From: Patescibacteria group bacterium UBA5147
GTDB lineage: Bacteria > Patescibacteriota > Saccharimonadia > UBA4664
Direction: 5' to 3'
Assembly: GCA_002415345.1 (NCBI GenBank)
Contig: DHXV01000003.1
Span: forward strand, 24,213 to 88,212
DNA: 64,000 nt
The notes under the pieces are model-generated. The model did no database searches. It saw only the letters and a program-made list of their open reading frames with translations, and had not been told where the DNA came from. The position numbers and the translations under genes were made by a program. Below, one piece after another: positions 28,556 through 38,198 of this stretch; the first letter of the stretch is position 1; each line of letters starts with the position of its first letter.

Positions 28556-31500
28556 ATGCCAAAATTTTCAACGGTTAAGCTTAGGACTATGCCTGGGCTT
28601 CTTCGAATTATCTATCGCCAAAAAAAACCGGTTCATCTGGCAACTCTTGGACTCATTCTTGGCGCAATTATCGCTCCCATTATCAGCCAACTGGTCATTA
28701 ACCAACAATATCGGCTCAGTTCCGACATCACCGCCTTGACCGCCCCGCGCACCCCCAAACTTGAGGCAAAAATGATGCGCGATGAATCTAACAAGCAGAC
28801 GTCTTTCAATGCCTCGGCGAATACGGCGAGCAAAGACAAGCTCCAGTCAAAGATTGGTGCCGGCACATCCGACCAGCTTTATTCGGTAGTGTTCCCTGAC
28901 GACAGCCGCAAAGGCATAACCATCACCGACAACGTCAATCAAGTTGATGTGGTGATGACCCCACGGTTTAAAACCAGTGAGGCACGGTTATCGGATGGCA
29001 GAGTAATATATCCGACCGCAATCAGTTCGGCCAGGCTGGTTTATACCCCCGCGTCCGACGGGCTCAAAGAAGATATCGTCATCGATTCCAAGCCGGGCCA
29101 AGACACTTTGTCTTTTGCCTATGATCTGAAACTTCCGGATTATTTAGAAGCCAGGATGATGCCCGACGGCTCTCTGGGAGTGTATTCCGGGGCACCGGAA
29201 CTGTTCGGGGCGATGTCATACGGCAGTGATAATGATCGTGCCACCATCACTAAGGCGCGCCAGAACGCCGCCAAGAATTATTTGATGTTCGCCATTCCTG
29301 CCCCGGTCGTAAAACAGACGGGTAAGCCGTCTCGGGCTGTGGCGTCCCGTTTCGAATTCAAAGCCGGTGTCCTCACTGTAATAACAACCGGATTGGGTCA
29401 GGCTTCATATCCGTTAACTATCGACCCGACATTCTTTATTTCCAGCAGCAGCGACTTTGACGCCGGTACCGGTGAGGAGGACCTCGACTACAGCGTAGCC
29501 GGGCAAATCGGCCGGGCGGCCCTTACGGGCGGGGCGGTTAACAGCTGGACCGCAACTAATACGTTACCGAACGCCCAGTGGGGGGTATCATCAGCCGGGT
29601 ACAACAATTACTTGTACACGACCGGGTCGTACCAGGGATCAATGTACACCTCCCATGCGCCGGTCAATTCCAACGGCTCACTTGGCACGTGGGTATCGGA
29701 CGGGGTCACTTATACTCCCGGCAAAATCGGCTCTCGCATGGTTGCCTATAATGGCTATTTATACACGCTGGGTGGCGAAGATAGCTCAACGCACACGCAG
29801 TATGCGACCGTGTTGTACTCGAAAATCGATGCGATAACGGGCGCTGCCGGTACCTGGAACAGCACTACCGGTTTCTCCGGGGCGCGGGCGTTCTTTGGTG
29901 CGGTGGTTTATAAGGGTTACATCTACCTGATGGGCGGTGGCCAGGGCGCTAATGAAACGGCCGCCAGCGACGTGCAGTATGCCAAAATCAATGGTGACGG
30001 AACTTTGGGTACCTGGGCGACCACTACGGCCTTGTCGAGCGCGCGCGAAGGGTTGGCTGCCACTGCGCAGAACGGCTGGCTTTATGTGACCGGTGGCCGG
30101 AGCGGTACGTCCGCATCCACTAACGCAAAGACTACGGACGTGTATCGGGCTGCTCAAAATGCCAACGGAACACTCGGGAGCTGGGCACAGACCACCTCAT
30201 TTAATACGGCGCGACGGGACCATCAGATATCCATTAACAATAACTATATGTATATTACGGGCGGTTGTACCGCCACGGGGGCAGATCCCTGCACCACGCT
30301 GGCTGCTGACACACAATATGCCCCAGTTTATGCTGATGGTACCGTAGGAACCTGGACAGCCAGCGCCAACATCACGACGGCGAGGGATCAGGCCGGAATG
30401 GCCGCCTACCGGGGAAATCTGTATGTAGTGGGCGGCTGCTCTGCCGAAACGGCCGGTCCGGCTTGCGGTACCAGCGATGCTAATGCTTTGGGCAGCGTCC
30501 AATACTCCTCCCTGGCGGCTGCTGGCAACATGGCATCAGCAGCGGCATCCGGAAGCACCTTTACGACGGCCCGCCACTCTCAGCTGACAACGGTTTACGA
30601 CGGGTATATGTACGTCGCCGGTGGTTGCGCGGTAAACACTTGCTCTGCCGTTCTCAGTGATACCTATTACGCTTCCGTAGCGGCTGATGGAACAATTGGC
30701 ACTTGGACCGCGACCGGAACCTTGCCCTCGACCGCTAACGACCAGCCTGGTCGGATGGCCTCATGCATGGTCGGGTATAACGGGCGGCTATACATCGTCG
30801 GGGGAGGGCAACTGCACAATGGTAACAACAACCTGGAAACGGTAAGCGACACCGTGGTTGGGGTAATTGGAGCGAGTGGCGCAGTAAGCAGCTGGACAAC
30901 TGGTACGGGAGGATCGCTGCCGGTCAACTCCTGGTATCATTCCTGCGAAACCTACAACGGCTACATCTATGTTATCGGTGGCACGACCTCGACTACCGCG
31001 ACCTACCGCACTACTATATATTACGCCACACTCAACGCTGATGGTTCCTTCGGGACTTTTGCCACCACCACCAATACCTTTGCCACGGGACGTAACAGCC
31101 AGGCCTCCGCGGTTTGGCATGGCTATCTCTACATTGGCGGAGGGTATACGGGCAGTGCGTATTTGAACGATATCCAATATGCGAAAATGGGTAATGCCGG
31201 CGACATTACGAGTACTTTTGCAACCGCCGGAAACACGTTTACGCAAACCCGCAGATTCCTGACGATGGTTGCTACCAACGCCGTGTTATATGTATACGGA
31301 GGCTATACCGGGTCGGCGGTTAGGAGCGATGTACAGTACTCTACCCTGGATCCGACGACAGGTGCACCTGGCACTTTCACAACATCAGGATCGACGCTAT
31401 CGACTGCCCGCTGGGGGACAGGCACGTCATACCGTGGTGTCTTATATCTGGTGGGTGGATGCACGACCGCCAACTGCACCGGTTTCTCAAACGTAACTGA

Positions 31501-32965
31501 TATTTTACAGACTAACAACGGCGGTAACGGCCAGACGGCGACCTGGACGACAAGCGGCTCAAATTATACTACGGCTCGCGTCGACTTCATGAGCGTGGCG
31601 TATAACGGCTTCGTTTATGTAATGGGCGGATGCGCCGCGTTCGGCAATGGTAACGGCACTTGCACCAATACTCTAACCACCGTGTGGGCCGCACCAATCA
31701 ATGCTGACGGCTCGCTGGGCACCTGGGTTGCCGCGACTGCGCTTCCGTCAGCCCGGTACAGCGGCTCAGTGGTGGCTTATAATAACCGGATCTATGTGAT
31801 TGCTGGCAGCAGTGGTGCTACGGCACTTTCAAGCGTAATTTACACCCAACAGGCAGCAAATGGCACTCTGGGCGCCTGGCAGACGGTAGCTGCCAATGAT
31901 ATGCCCGGCGGAGCGGCCCGATATGACGGTGATGCCACATTGTATGGATCTTATATTTACGTAGGGTCGGGTTATAACGGAACCGCCCAACTGAGTGACA
32001 TTTATTACGCTCAAATTACCACGGCCGGAAACCTGGCGGCCAACTCTGGCTGCGGTACTACTTGGTGCACAGGTACTTCATTCACTACCATACGGCGTAG
32101 TGCCTCTCTATTCGCATATAACGGTACCCTCTATATTGCCGGAGGGGTGTCCGGAACGACAACCCTGCGTGACGTGCAATACGCTCCAATTAACTCCAAC
32201 GGCACCATTGGGACTTGGAATTACACCAATGCCATTGAAAGCGGTATCATCGACATTCCGGTGGTCGGCTCAAACGGATACATATATATGATGGGAACGG
32301 CGCGCGACACCAGCGACATTACTTATTTTGCGGTGAGTGCCAACGGCACTCTGGGGCAGTCTGCCAACAGTAACGCCAAGATGGCCGCCAACCACTCGCG
32401 AGGATCGGCCGTTACCAACGCCGGTTTCGTCTACGTTCTGGGTGGCTGTACCACGCTCGGGACGGGCGGGGACTGCACCACTATGAACCAGACGATTGAA
32501 TATACCGGACAGCAGGCATCCGCGCGTATCGGCCGTTATGCCAGGCTATTTAGTACCGGTGCCGACACTGCCCCCTCACAGGTGGTCATGAATGGTACAC
32601 TATCAAGTTACAACTCGGCGGTTCAACTCTCTTTCCAGACCGCTAGCCAGGCCGACCCGGTGCTGGGTTTAGCTCAAATCATCAATCCGGTGGTGTTTAA
32701 TACCAACTACTCAGTCCTGGCACTGGATACCAGCGGAACTAACGTCGGCGTGGCCTACAACTATTTCCTAGAATTACTTCTGGATGACTCCGCGTCCAGT
32801 TCCTTCCCGGATGTGCCAACATCAGGGACCCAGACGTCAATCAACAATTTTATCCTGTACTACCATGCCAACCCCGGCCGACGGCTACGACACGGTGCCA
32901 GCTTCAACGATACTAGCTGCTCCGACACCCCGGCCACAGGCTGTGTCTTGGACACGGCCCCGTAG
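28556..32965 (+). CDS. giant surface protein with arrays of Kelch-type beta-propeller repeats (about 1470 aa)
   Basis: Signal-anchor HLATLGLILGAIIAPIISQLVI. At least 20 repeats of the form YNGYLYTLGG, YKGYIYLMGG, NGWLYVTGG, YRGNLYVVGG, YDGYMYVAGG. Tracked GTG 28544 overlaps the upstream stop; ATG 28556 is the likely start. Confidence 0.7.
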   Translation: MPKFSTVKLRTMPGLLRIIYRQKKPVHLATLGLILGAIIAPIISQLVINQQYRLSSDITALTAPRTPKLEAKMMRDESNKQTSFNASANTASKDKLQSKIGAGTSDQLYSVVFPDDSRKGITITDNVNQVDVVMTPRFKTSEARLSDGRVIYPTAISSARLVYTPASDGLKEDIVIDSKPGQDTLSFAYDLKLPDYLEARMMPDGSLGVYSGAPELFGAMSYGSDNDRATITKARQNAAKNYLMFAIPAPVVKQTGKPSRAVASRFEFKAGVLTVITTGLGQASYPLTIDPTFFISSSSDFDAGTGEEDLDYSVAGQIGRAALTGGAVNSWTATNTLPNAQWGVSSAGYNNYLYTTGSYQGSMYTSHAPVNSNGSLGTWVSDGVTYTPGKIGSRMVAYNGYLYTLGGEDSSTHTQYATVLYSKIDAITGAAGTWNSTTGFSGARAFFGAVVYKGYIYLMGGGQGANETAASDVQYAKINGDGTLGTWATTTALSSAREGLAATAQNGWLYVTGGRSGTSASTNAKTTDVYRAAQNANGTLGSWAQTTSFNTARRDHQISINNNYMYITGGCTATGADPCTTLAADTQYAPVYADGTVGTWTASANITTARDQAGMAAYRGNLYVVGGCSAETAGPACGTSDANALGSVQYSSLAAAGNMASAAASGSTFTTARHSQLTTVYDGYMYVAGGCAVNTCSAVLSDTYYASVAADGTIGTWTATGTLPSTANDQPGRMASCMVGYNGRLYIVGGGQLHNGNNNLETVSDTVVGVIGASGAVSSWTTGTGGSLPVNSWYHSCETYNGYIYVIGGTTSTTATYRTTIYYATLNADGSFGTFATTTNTFATGRNSQASAVWHGYLYIGGGYTGSAYLNDIQYAKMGNAGDITSTFATAGNTFTQTRRFLTMVATNAVLYVYGGYTGSAVRSDVQYSTLDPTTGAPGTFTTSGSTLSTARWGTGTSYRGVLYLVGGCTTANCTGFSNVTDILQTNNGGNGQTATWTTSGSNYTTARVDFMSVAYNGFVYVMGGCAAFGNGNGTCTNTLTTVWAAPINADGSLGTWVAATALPSARYSGSVVAYNNRIYVIAGSSGATALSSVIYTQQAANGTLGAWQTVAANDMPGGAARYDGDATLYGSYIYVGSGYNGTAQLSDIYYAQITTAGNLAANSGCGTTWCTGTSFTTIRRSASLFAYNGTLYIAGGVSGTTTLRDVQYAPINSNGTIGTWNYTNAIESGIIDIPVVGSNGYIYMMGTARDTSDITYFAVSANGTLGQSANSNAKMAANHSRGSAVTNAGFVYVLGGCTTLGTGGDCTTMNQTIEYTGQQASARIGRYARLFSTGADTAPSQVVMNGTLSSYNSAVQLSFQTASQADPVLGLAQIINPVVFNTNYSVLALDTSGTNVGVAYNYFLELLLDDSASSSFPDVPTSGTQTSINNFILYYHANPGRRLRHGASFNDTSCSDTPATGCVLDTAP

Positions 32966-33000
32966 ACAGTACTTTGCGGACGACAGTTTGTTATCCGAGG

Positions 33001-33918
33001 CTATTGGGTTACGAAGTAGTCGAAAGCGAGCACTGAGCCGGCCGGAGGGGGAGAATCGGTACGTATCTGGAATCCGGAGGAAGTGCGGTTTACGTAGACA
33101 GGAGTTGCGGCGCTTGCCCCGGTAAGCGGCGACAGCAGAACATGGACGCCACCGGTGAAGCCCGCGCGGAAGGTAACCGAGGCCAAGATTCCGGCTGCCG
33201 TGCCGCTGCCGGTGTTAACGTTAACGGTACCCGCAGTGTCGTTACCGCTGATGTTAACCGTTCCGCCGCCGCCAATGGCGCTTCCGGCCGTGATTCCCGG
33301 GGTTGCGCCTTGGGTGCGCAGATGTCCGATGGTCAGAGGCCCGGCAATGGAAATAGTTTGCGTGGAAATGGATTGCGTGTTCAGCGTGTTGACGCTGGCT
33401 GCTCCGCTCACATTGAGGCCGCCATTCACTGACAGTAACTGAGAAACTGTCAGTCCTTTAAGCAGGGTGGTTGTTCCTGATACCGTTAGATTGGACCCCA
33501 CGCTCAGTCCGGAAAGTGCGGTGGTGCCGCTGATATTAAGCTCACTCAAGGTTACTGGCCCGTTGGCATTGAAATGGCCGCCCACACTAAGGTCGCCGGC
33601 GACGTCCAATTTCCCGCGGAACAGGGAATTGGCGCCAATATTAAGGGTCTGGTTGGAGTTACCCAGGCTGGTGCTGACGTCGGTAAGCTTTTGGATATCT
33701 TCCTGACTCAAGGTCTGGACCTGGGTTTTAGCGGGAACAGCCGTTTTCTTGGTACTCAGCGAATAAAAGTATCCCACCACAGCCCCGACGAATAACACGC
33801 AGATGAGCAGCGCGACAACGGTTGAAATATTGTTGGCCCGCCTGATCATGCGCGACCATGAACGCCCCTCCTTACGGGGCGGCGGGTTTGTGGGGGTTGG
33901 CAGTGTGGTAGGGGGCAT
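33001..33918 (-). CDS. membrane-anchored beta-helical repeat protein (paralog 2 of 2)
   Basis: 305 aa. Basic N-terminus, TM, LNISGTTALSGLSVGSNLTVSGTTTLL beta-helix-like repeats. C-terminus VLAFDYFVTQ matching 16180-17286. Confidence 0.55.
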   Translation of the reverse strand: MPPTTLPTPTNPPPRKEGRSWSRMIRRANNISTVVALLICVLFVGAVVGYFYSLSTKKTAVPAKTQVQTLSQEDIQKLTDVSTSLGNSNQTLNIGANSLFRGKLDVAGDLSVGGHFNANGPVTLSELNISGTTALSGLSVGSNLTVSGTTTLLKGLTVSQLLSVNGGLNVSGAASVNTLNTQSISTQTISIAGPLTIGHLRTQGATPGITAGSAIGGGGTVNISGNDTAGTVNVNTGSGTAAGILASVTFRAGFTGGVHVLLSPLTGASAATPVYVNRTSSGFQIRTDSPPPAGSVLAFDYFVTQ

Positions 33919-33950
33919 TTGGGTAAATTCTCTTATCTATCAATATAGCG

Positions 33951-33966
33951 CTTATGCTCCTACAAT
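33951..33966 (+). promoter_or_regulatory. CTTATGCT-type promoter element in the divergent region 33919-34035
   Basis: gcgCTTATGCTcCTACAATcc. Confidence 0.35.
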
Positions 33967-34035
33967 CCAACTCTACAATCGTTAATTAGCCTAAGCGGTT
34001 TGAAAATATCATTGGTATAGGCCATTATAGATAAC

Positions 34036-34800
34036 ATGAGACGATTGCGAATTGTAGGAGTATACGCCCTGGCCGGCATAATTGGCTGGCCCACCGCGGC
34101 CCTGGCCGTGACCCCGGGCGACCCGTCATTCAGGTCGACTAACTACAGTATCAACGAGAGCTATATTGGACCGGGCGGGGACAGCCAGGGCATCTCCACC
34201 AGCTATAAGACTCAAGGCTCAACCTTGGGAGATACCGGCGTAGGTAATTCCGGCTCGGCCAACTTTCAGGCCAACAGCGGTTATGACACCACCAACGATC
34301 CGCGGTTGAGTTTTACCGTTAACACGGCTTCCGCCGATTTAGGCGTTCTGTCCACGTCTGTGGCGTCTACGGCCACGGCTACCTTCAGTGTCCTCAATTA
34401 CACGTCGTACGGGTACGTCGTTTCTATGGTGGGAAGTCCGCCTAGTAATAGCGGGCATCCGCTGTCTGCCCTTGCAACCGATACTGCCAGTGCTAACGGG
34501 GTGGAACAATTTGGAATTAACCTGGTTGCCAACACGAGCCCGGTGTCGGTAGGAGCTAACCCGGTTCAGGACGTCAGCGGTTCCACCACATTTGGTTTTG
34601 GGCGCGCCGGTACCGGCGCCGGCACGGCCTATGCTCAAACTAATTTGTATCGATACGTTCCCGGCGAAACCATCGCCTCGGCACCAAAATCCTCTGGCAT
34701 AACCAACTACACGATGTCGTTTATGGCCAACATGAGTACCACGACTCCAGGTGGCAAATACTCGGGTCCCATGACGCTCATTTGTACCGGTACATACTAA
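34036..34800 (+). CDS. secreted surface-subunit family protein, subfamily A
   Basis: Signal peptide. STNYSINESYIGPGG...SANFQANSG N-terminus (paralog of 18889-19953), FGINLVANTSP. C-terminus YSGPMTLICTGTY. Confidence 0.6.
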   Translation: MRRLRIVGVYALAGIIGWPTAALAVTPGDPSFRSTNYSINESYIGPGGDSQGISTSYKTQGSTLGDTGVGNSGSANFQANSGYDTTNDPRLSFTVNTASADLGVLSTSVASTATATFSVLNYTSYGYVVSMVGSPPSNSGHPLSALATDTASANGVEQFGINLVANTSPVSVGANPVQDVSGSTTFGFGRAGTGAGTAYAQTNLYRYVPGETIASAPKSSGITNYTMSFMANMSTTTPGGKYSGPMTLICTGTY

Positions 34801-34823
34801 TTAATGTCACTAACATAAGCGGG

Positions 34824-34852
34824 TTGACCTGGTAATTATTCTTATGCTAATA
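34824..34852 (+). promoter_or_regulatory. sigma70-like promoter with CTTATGCT extended -10 (subfamily C operon)
   Basis: -35 TTGACC, 17-nt spacer, cttaTGcTAATAT. Confidence 0.45.
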
Positions 34853-34893
34853 TTCATGCATTAGTATGGTCATAAAAGGGAATTGAATTAACC

Positions 34894-36012
34894 ATGAAAA
34901 ACGTATCAATTAAATTAAAGGACTTGCGTCGGAAACTGGCCGTATGGGCTTCCGTTGTTGCTATGGCATCGATGGCATTGCTTCCAGGCGCTGCTAGTGC
35001 AGCCGGCCAATTGACTGCTCGTAAGACCGTGCTTACTAGTTCGGCAGCTGCCGCAGTGACAACTTACGTCACCACATTCACTATGGGAACCGCCGGCCAA
35101 ACGCTGGGTTCCTTAAAAGTTGAACTATGCGACTCGCCGCTTCAAACTGCCTCGTGTGTCAACACTGGTAGCTCCTCCGGCGTTAGCATGTCTGCTGCCG
35201 CTTTAACTGGCGTTACCGGTGCAGTTGGAACGGGTACCTGGACTATAGGTACCAGAACCGCTAATTCCGCCCTGGTTAACAAGTCCACAAACGATGTTCA
35301 GACCGCTAACCCAACCCTGGTTGTAACCTTGACCACCATTACGAACCCAACGGCGATCAACTCGCCATTCTATCTCCGCGTTTCAACCTACACAGCTACA
35401 GCCGGTGGTGGAACTAATACCGACTTTGGTGCCATGGCACTGTCTACTACCCAATCATTAACTGTTTCAGCCAACGTTCAGGAAAGTCTGACCTTCTGCA
35501 CTGGCACCAACGTTGCTTCAACGAGCTGTGGTGATATCACTGGCAGCACCGTTAGCGTCGGCACTGGTACCGACAACATCCTATCGACATCACCATCGGG
35601 TGGAGTATCCGTCATGTACGCGGCTACCAACGGCACCAGTGGGTACTCCGTTACCTACTTTGCCGCGAACTTCTCGTCTTCTAGCGACACCATTGCGTCC
35701 AACGGTGCTGTCAAAGCCGCCTTACCGGCAGTCGGAACCGCCGCCTTCGGTATCAACCTGGCTGCCAACGCGACGCCGTCAATTACCGGTTCTTCCGCAG
35801 TCTCTGGTGCCGGTTCAGGCGCCGTGGATGCCAACTACAACACCGCAAACCAATTCGCTTTTGTACCCTCGGCAGCATCGGCCGTGGCTTCAGCGGCCGG
35901 GCCTACCCTCATAAACAAGTACGTCGTGTCATACGCCGGTCAAGCTGGCAGCACGACCAAGCCTGGCGCCTTCTCGACAGTCTTCACCTACGTCGCTACC
36001 GCCACTTTCTAA
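34894..36012 (+). CDS. secreted surface-subunit family protein, subfamily C
   Basis: Signal peptide, conserved Cys pair (ELCDSPLQTASC; LTFCTGT), FGINLAANATP. C-terminus FSTVFTYVATATF. Confidence 0.6.
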   Translation: MKNVSIKLKDLRRKLAVWASVVAMASMALLPGAASAAGQLTARKTVLTSSAAAAVTTYVTTFTMGTAGQTLGSLKVELCDSPLQTASCVNTGSSSGVSMSAAALTGVTGAVGTGTWTIGTRTANSALVNKSTNDVQTANPTLVVTLTTITNPTAINSPFYLRVSTYTATAGGGTNTDFGAMALSTTQSLTVSANVQESLTFCTGTNVASTSCGDITGSTVSVGTGTDNILSTSPSGGVSVMYAATNGTSGYSVTYFAANFSSSSDTIASNGAVKAALPAVGTAAFGINLAANATPSITGSSAVSGAGSGAVDANYNTANQFAFVPSAASAVASAAGPTLINKYVVSYAGQAGSTTKPGAFSTVFTYVATATF

Positions 36013-36058
36013 GACTCTCTCTCGTTATTCTAGTAACCATTAACGACTGAAGCCAATC

Positions 36059-37096
36059 GTGAAAATAAACCGACTCATTTTAAAAGCCATTCTTGTCGCA
36101 ACTGCGGTATCCATACTACCGCTTGCGGCCATGGCAACAGAGGTAACCGATCGGAGTATTACGTTAGGTTCCTCTGCCCCGGGAGCTATAACGACCCATA
36201 CTTTCGGCCTCACCGTACCGAGCACTGCAAATGTTGGATCCATTGAGTTCAAATATTGCACCACACCCCTCGGTGCCTGCACCACCCCCGCGGGCCTCGT
36301 TACCACCGTCGCGTCGCTAATAAACCAGACGGGTGCTACAGGCTTCAGTGTAGTCAACACTAATAACGGCACGCCGTACATTTCACGCGGTTCCGCCAGT
36401 ATTCCGGCGACAACGCAAGTCACATATCAGTTCTCCGGTGTAACCAACCCGTCAGGGGTGAACGTCGAATATTGGGTCCGGGTTAACACCTACGCGAGCA
36501 TCGACACCACCGGTTCCCCTATAGATGGCGGAGTCGTCGACTTTGTTACCACAAGTGATATCACCGTTTCAGGAATCATGCCTGAATCACTGATCTTCTG
36601 CGTCGGAACCAGTGGCACCAGTTGTGCCAATATTACCGGTAGTGCCGTGAGTCTTGGAATTTTCAGTCCGGCTCTTACCAACACGGGTACCAGTGTGATG
36701 AGTGCCAGTACTAACGCCTCATTCGGATACACTATCGCGCTGGCTGGAAGTACTCTCAGTTCCGGGGCCAATACTATTACATCCATGGGGCAGCAGTCTC
36801 AGAACGGTACGGCCTCGGCGTCGGCCGTTGGGACAAGCCAGTTCGGAACGAATCTTAGAGCTAACTCAACACCACCTGTCGGAGCGAACGTGAGTGGTTT
36901 GGGCACAGGAGTAGTCGTAGGCGGGTATAATGTCGTCGATAATTTCCGCTACTTCTCAGGTGATACTTTGGCTAACGCGGGTGGCCCGGTCAACGATAAT
37001 CTCTTCACGAACTCATACATCGTCAACGTGAGCCCCGATCAGGCGGCCGGAGTCTATACCGCTACCATGACCTACATTTGTACGGCGACCTTCTAA
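36059..37096 (+). CDS. secreted surface-subunit family protein, subfamily C
   Basis: GTG start. Signal peptide, FKYCTTPLGACTTPAGLVTT, LIFCVGT, FGTNLRANSTP. C-terminus YTATMTYICTATF. Confidence 0.6.
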   Translation: MKINRLILKAILVATAVSILPLAAMATEVTDRSITLGSSAPGAITTHTFGLTVPSTANVGSIEFKYCTTPLGACTTPAGLVTTVASLINQTGATGFSVVNTNNGTPYISRGSASIPATTQVTYQFSGVTNPSGVNVEYWVRVNTYASIDTTGSPIDGGVVDFVTTSDITVSGIMPESLIFCVGTSGTSCANITGSAVSLGIFSPALTNTGTSVMSASTNASFGYTIALAGSTLSSGANTITSMGQQSQNGTASASAVGTSQFGTNLRANSTPPVGANVSGLGTGVVVGGYNVVDNFRYFSGDTLANAGGPVNDNLFTNSYIVNVSPDQAAGVYTATMTYICTATF

Positions 37097-38109
37097 TGAC
37101 GACGCGCCGCAGTACGGCCATAGCTGTAATCGTGGCTTTGTTGCCGTTTACGGCGAATGCTGCCGCCCTCATCCCCCGGTCGGTACAGCTGGGTTCAAGC
37201 CAAGCCGGCGTAACAACCACTAATACGGTGGCTGTCATGACGGCGACCACATCGAACATTGGGTCCATTGGTTTGAAATACTGTACGACCGCCGCCGGCG
37301 CGTGTACTACTCCCGCCGGCCTTGTAACCACTAGCGCAAGCCTCACCGGACAGATCGGGATAGCCGGCTTTAGTATTAATAACGTGGTCAACGGGGCGCC
37401 GTTTATTAGCAATGGGGCAGTACCGAATGTGAACGTTGGCACGTTGGTTACGCTTAATTTGAGTAGCATCGTAAATCCGTCTAGCGCAAATACAACGTTT
37501 TTTATTCGGGTCACTACATATATCGGTACCGATGGCGCAACCAGTGTAGTCGATGCTGGAACGGTGGCGGTAAGTACCGCACAGGAAGTCCAACTCACAG
37601 GGGTCACGCCGGAAATTCTAATCTTCTGCGTTGGCATCACTATAACCACTGATTGCAGTTCCATGACCGGATCAAATATCGACTTTGGTGATTTTTCGCC
37701 ACAATCTACCCGCACCGGTTCCAGCGTGATGCAGGCCTCAACAAATGCGACCGGGGGGTATAGCGTTACGGTGAACGGAACAACGCTGGCGTCGGGGGTG
37801 AACACAATCCCGGCGCTGGCCGCTCAAACTATATCAACCGTGGGAACGGGGCAGTTTGGTTTGAATCTGCGAGCTAACTTCACACCGGCTGTTGGGGCTG
37901 ACCCAACCGGAGCCGGTACCGGCACGTTTACAGGCACTTATGGCGCTCAGAACCAATACCGATTCAATACGGGTGATTCGGTAGCTACAGCCGCAATGCC
38001 AACCAATGCTAATACGTATACTTCCAGTTATATTGTGAATATCGGTGGGATACAGGCGGCTGGTGTTTATACGTCAACTATGACATATATTTGTACCGCA
38101 AATTTTTAG
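37096..38109 (+). CDS. secreted surface-subunit family protein, subfamily C
   Basis: ATG overlaps upstream stop (TAATG). LKYCTTAAGACTTPAGLVTT, LIFCVGIT, FGLNLRANFTP. C-terminus YTSTMTYICTANF. Confidence 0.6.
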   Translation: MTTRRSTAIAVIVALLPFTANAAALIPRSVQLGSSQAGVTTTNTVAVMTATTSNIGSIGLKYCTTAAGACTTPAGLVTTSASLTGQIGIAGFSINNVVNGAPFISNGAVPNVNVGTLVTLNLSSIVNPSSANTTFFIRVTTYIGTDGATSVVDAGTVAVSTAQEVQLTGVTPEILIFCVGITITTDCSSMTGSNIDFGDFSPQSTRTGSSVMQASTNATGGYSVTVNGTTLASGVNTIPALAAQTISTVGTGQFGLNLRANFTPAVGADPTGAGTGTFTGTYGAQNQYRFNTGDSVATAAMPTNANTYTSSYIVNIGGIQAAGVYTSTMTYICTANF

Positions 38110-38178
38110 AGTCTTCGGGACATTTTAACATTGTGCAATCCTCTAAAAAAACCAAGACGCAGGTTGTATACTAACGCC

Positions 38179-38191
38179 CTTATGCTATTAT
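38179..38191 (+). promoter_or_regulatory. CTTATGCT-type extended -10 element immediately upstream of 38199
   Basis: ccCTTATGCTATTATtac. ATG follows 8 nt after the hexamer. Confidence 0.4.
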
Positions 38192-38198
38192 TACTTTA

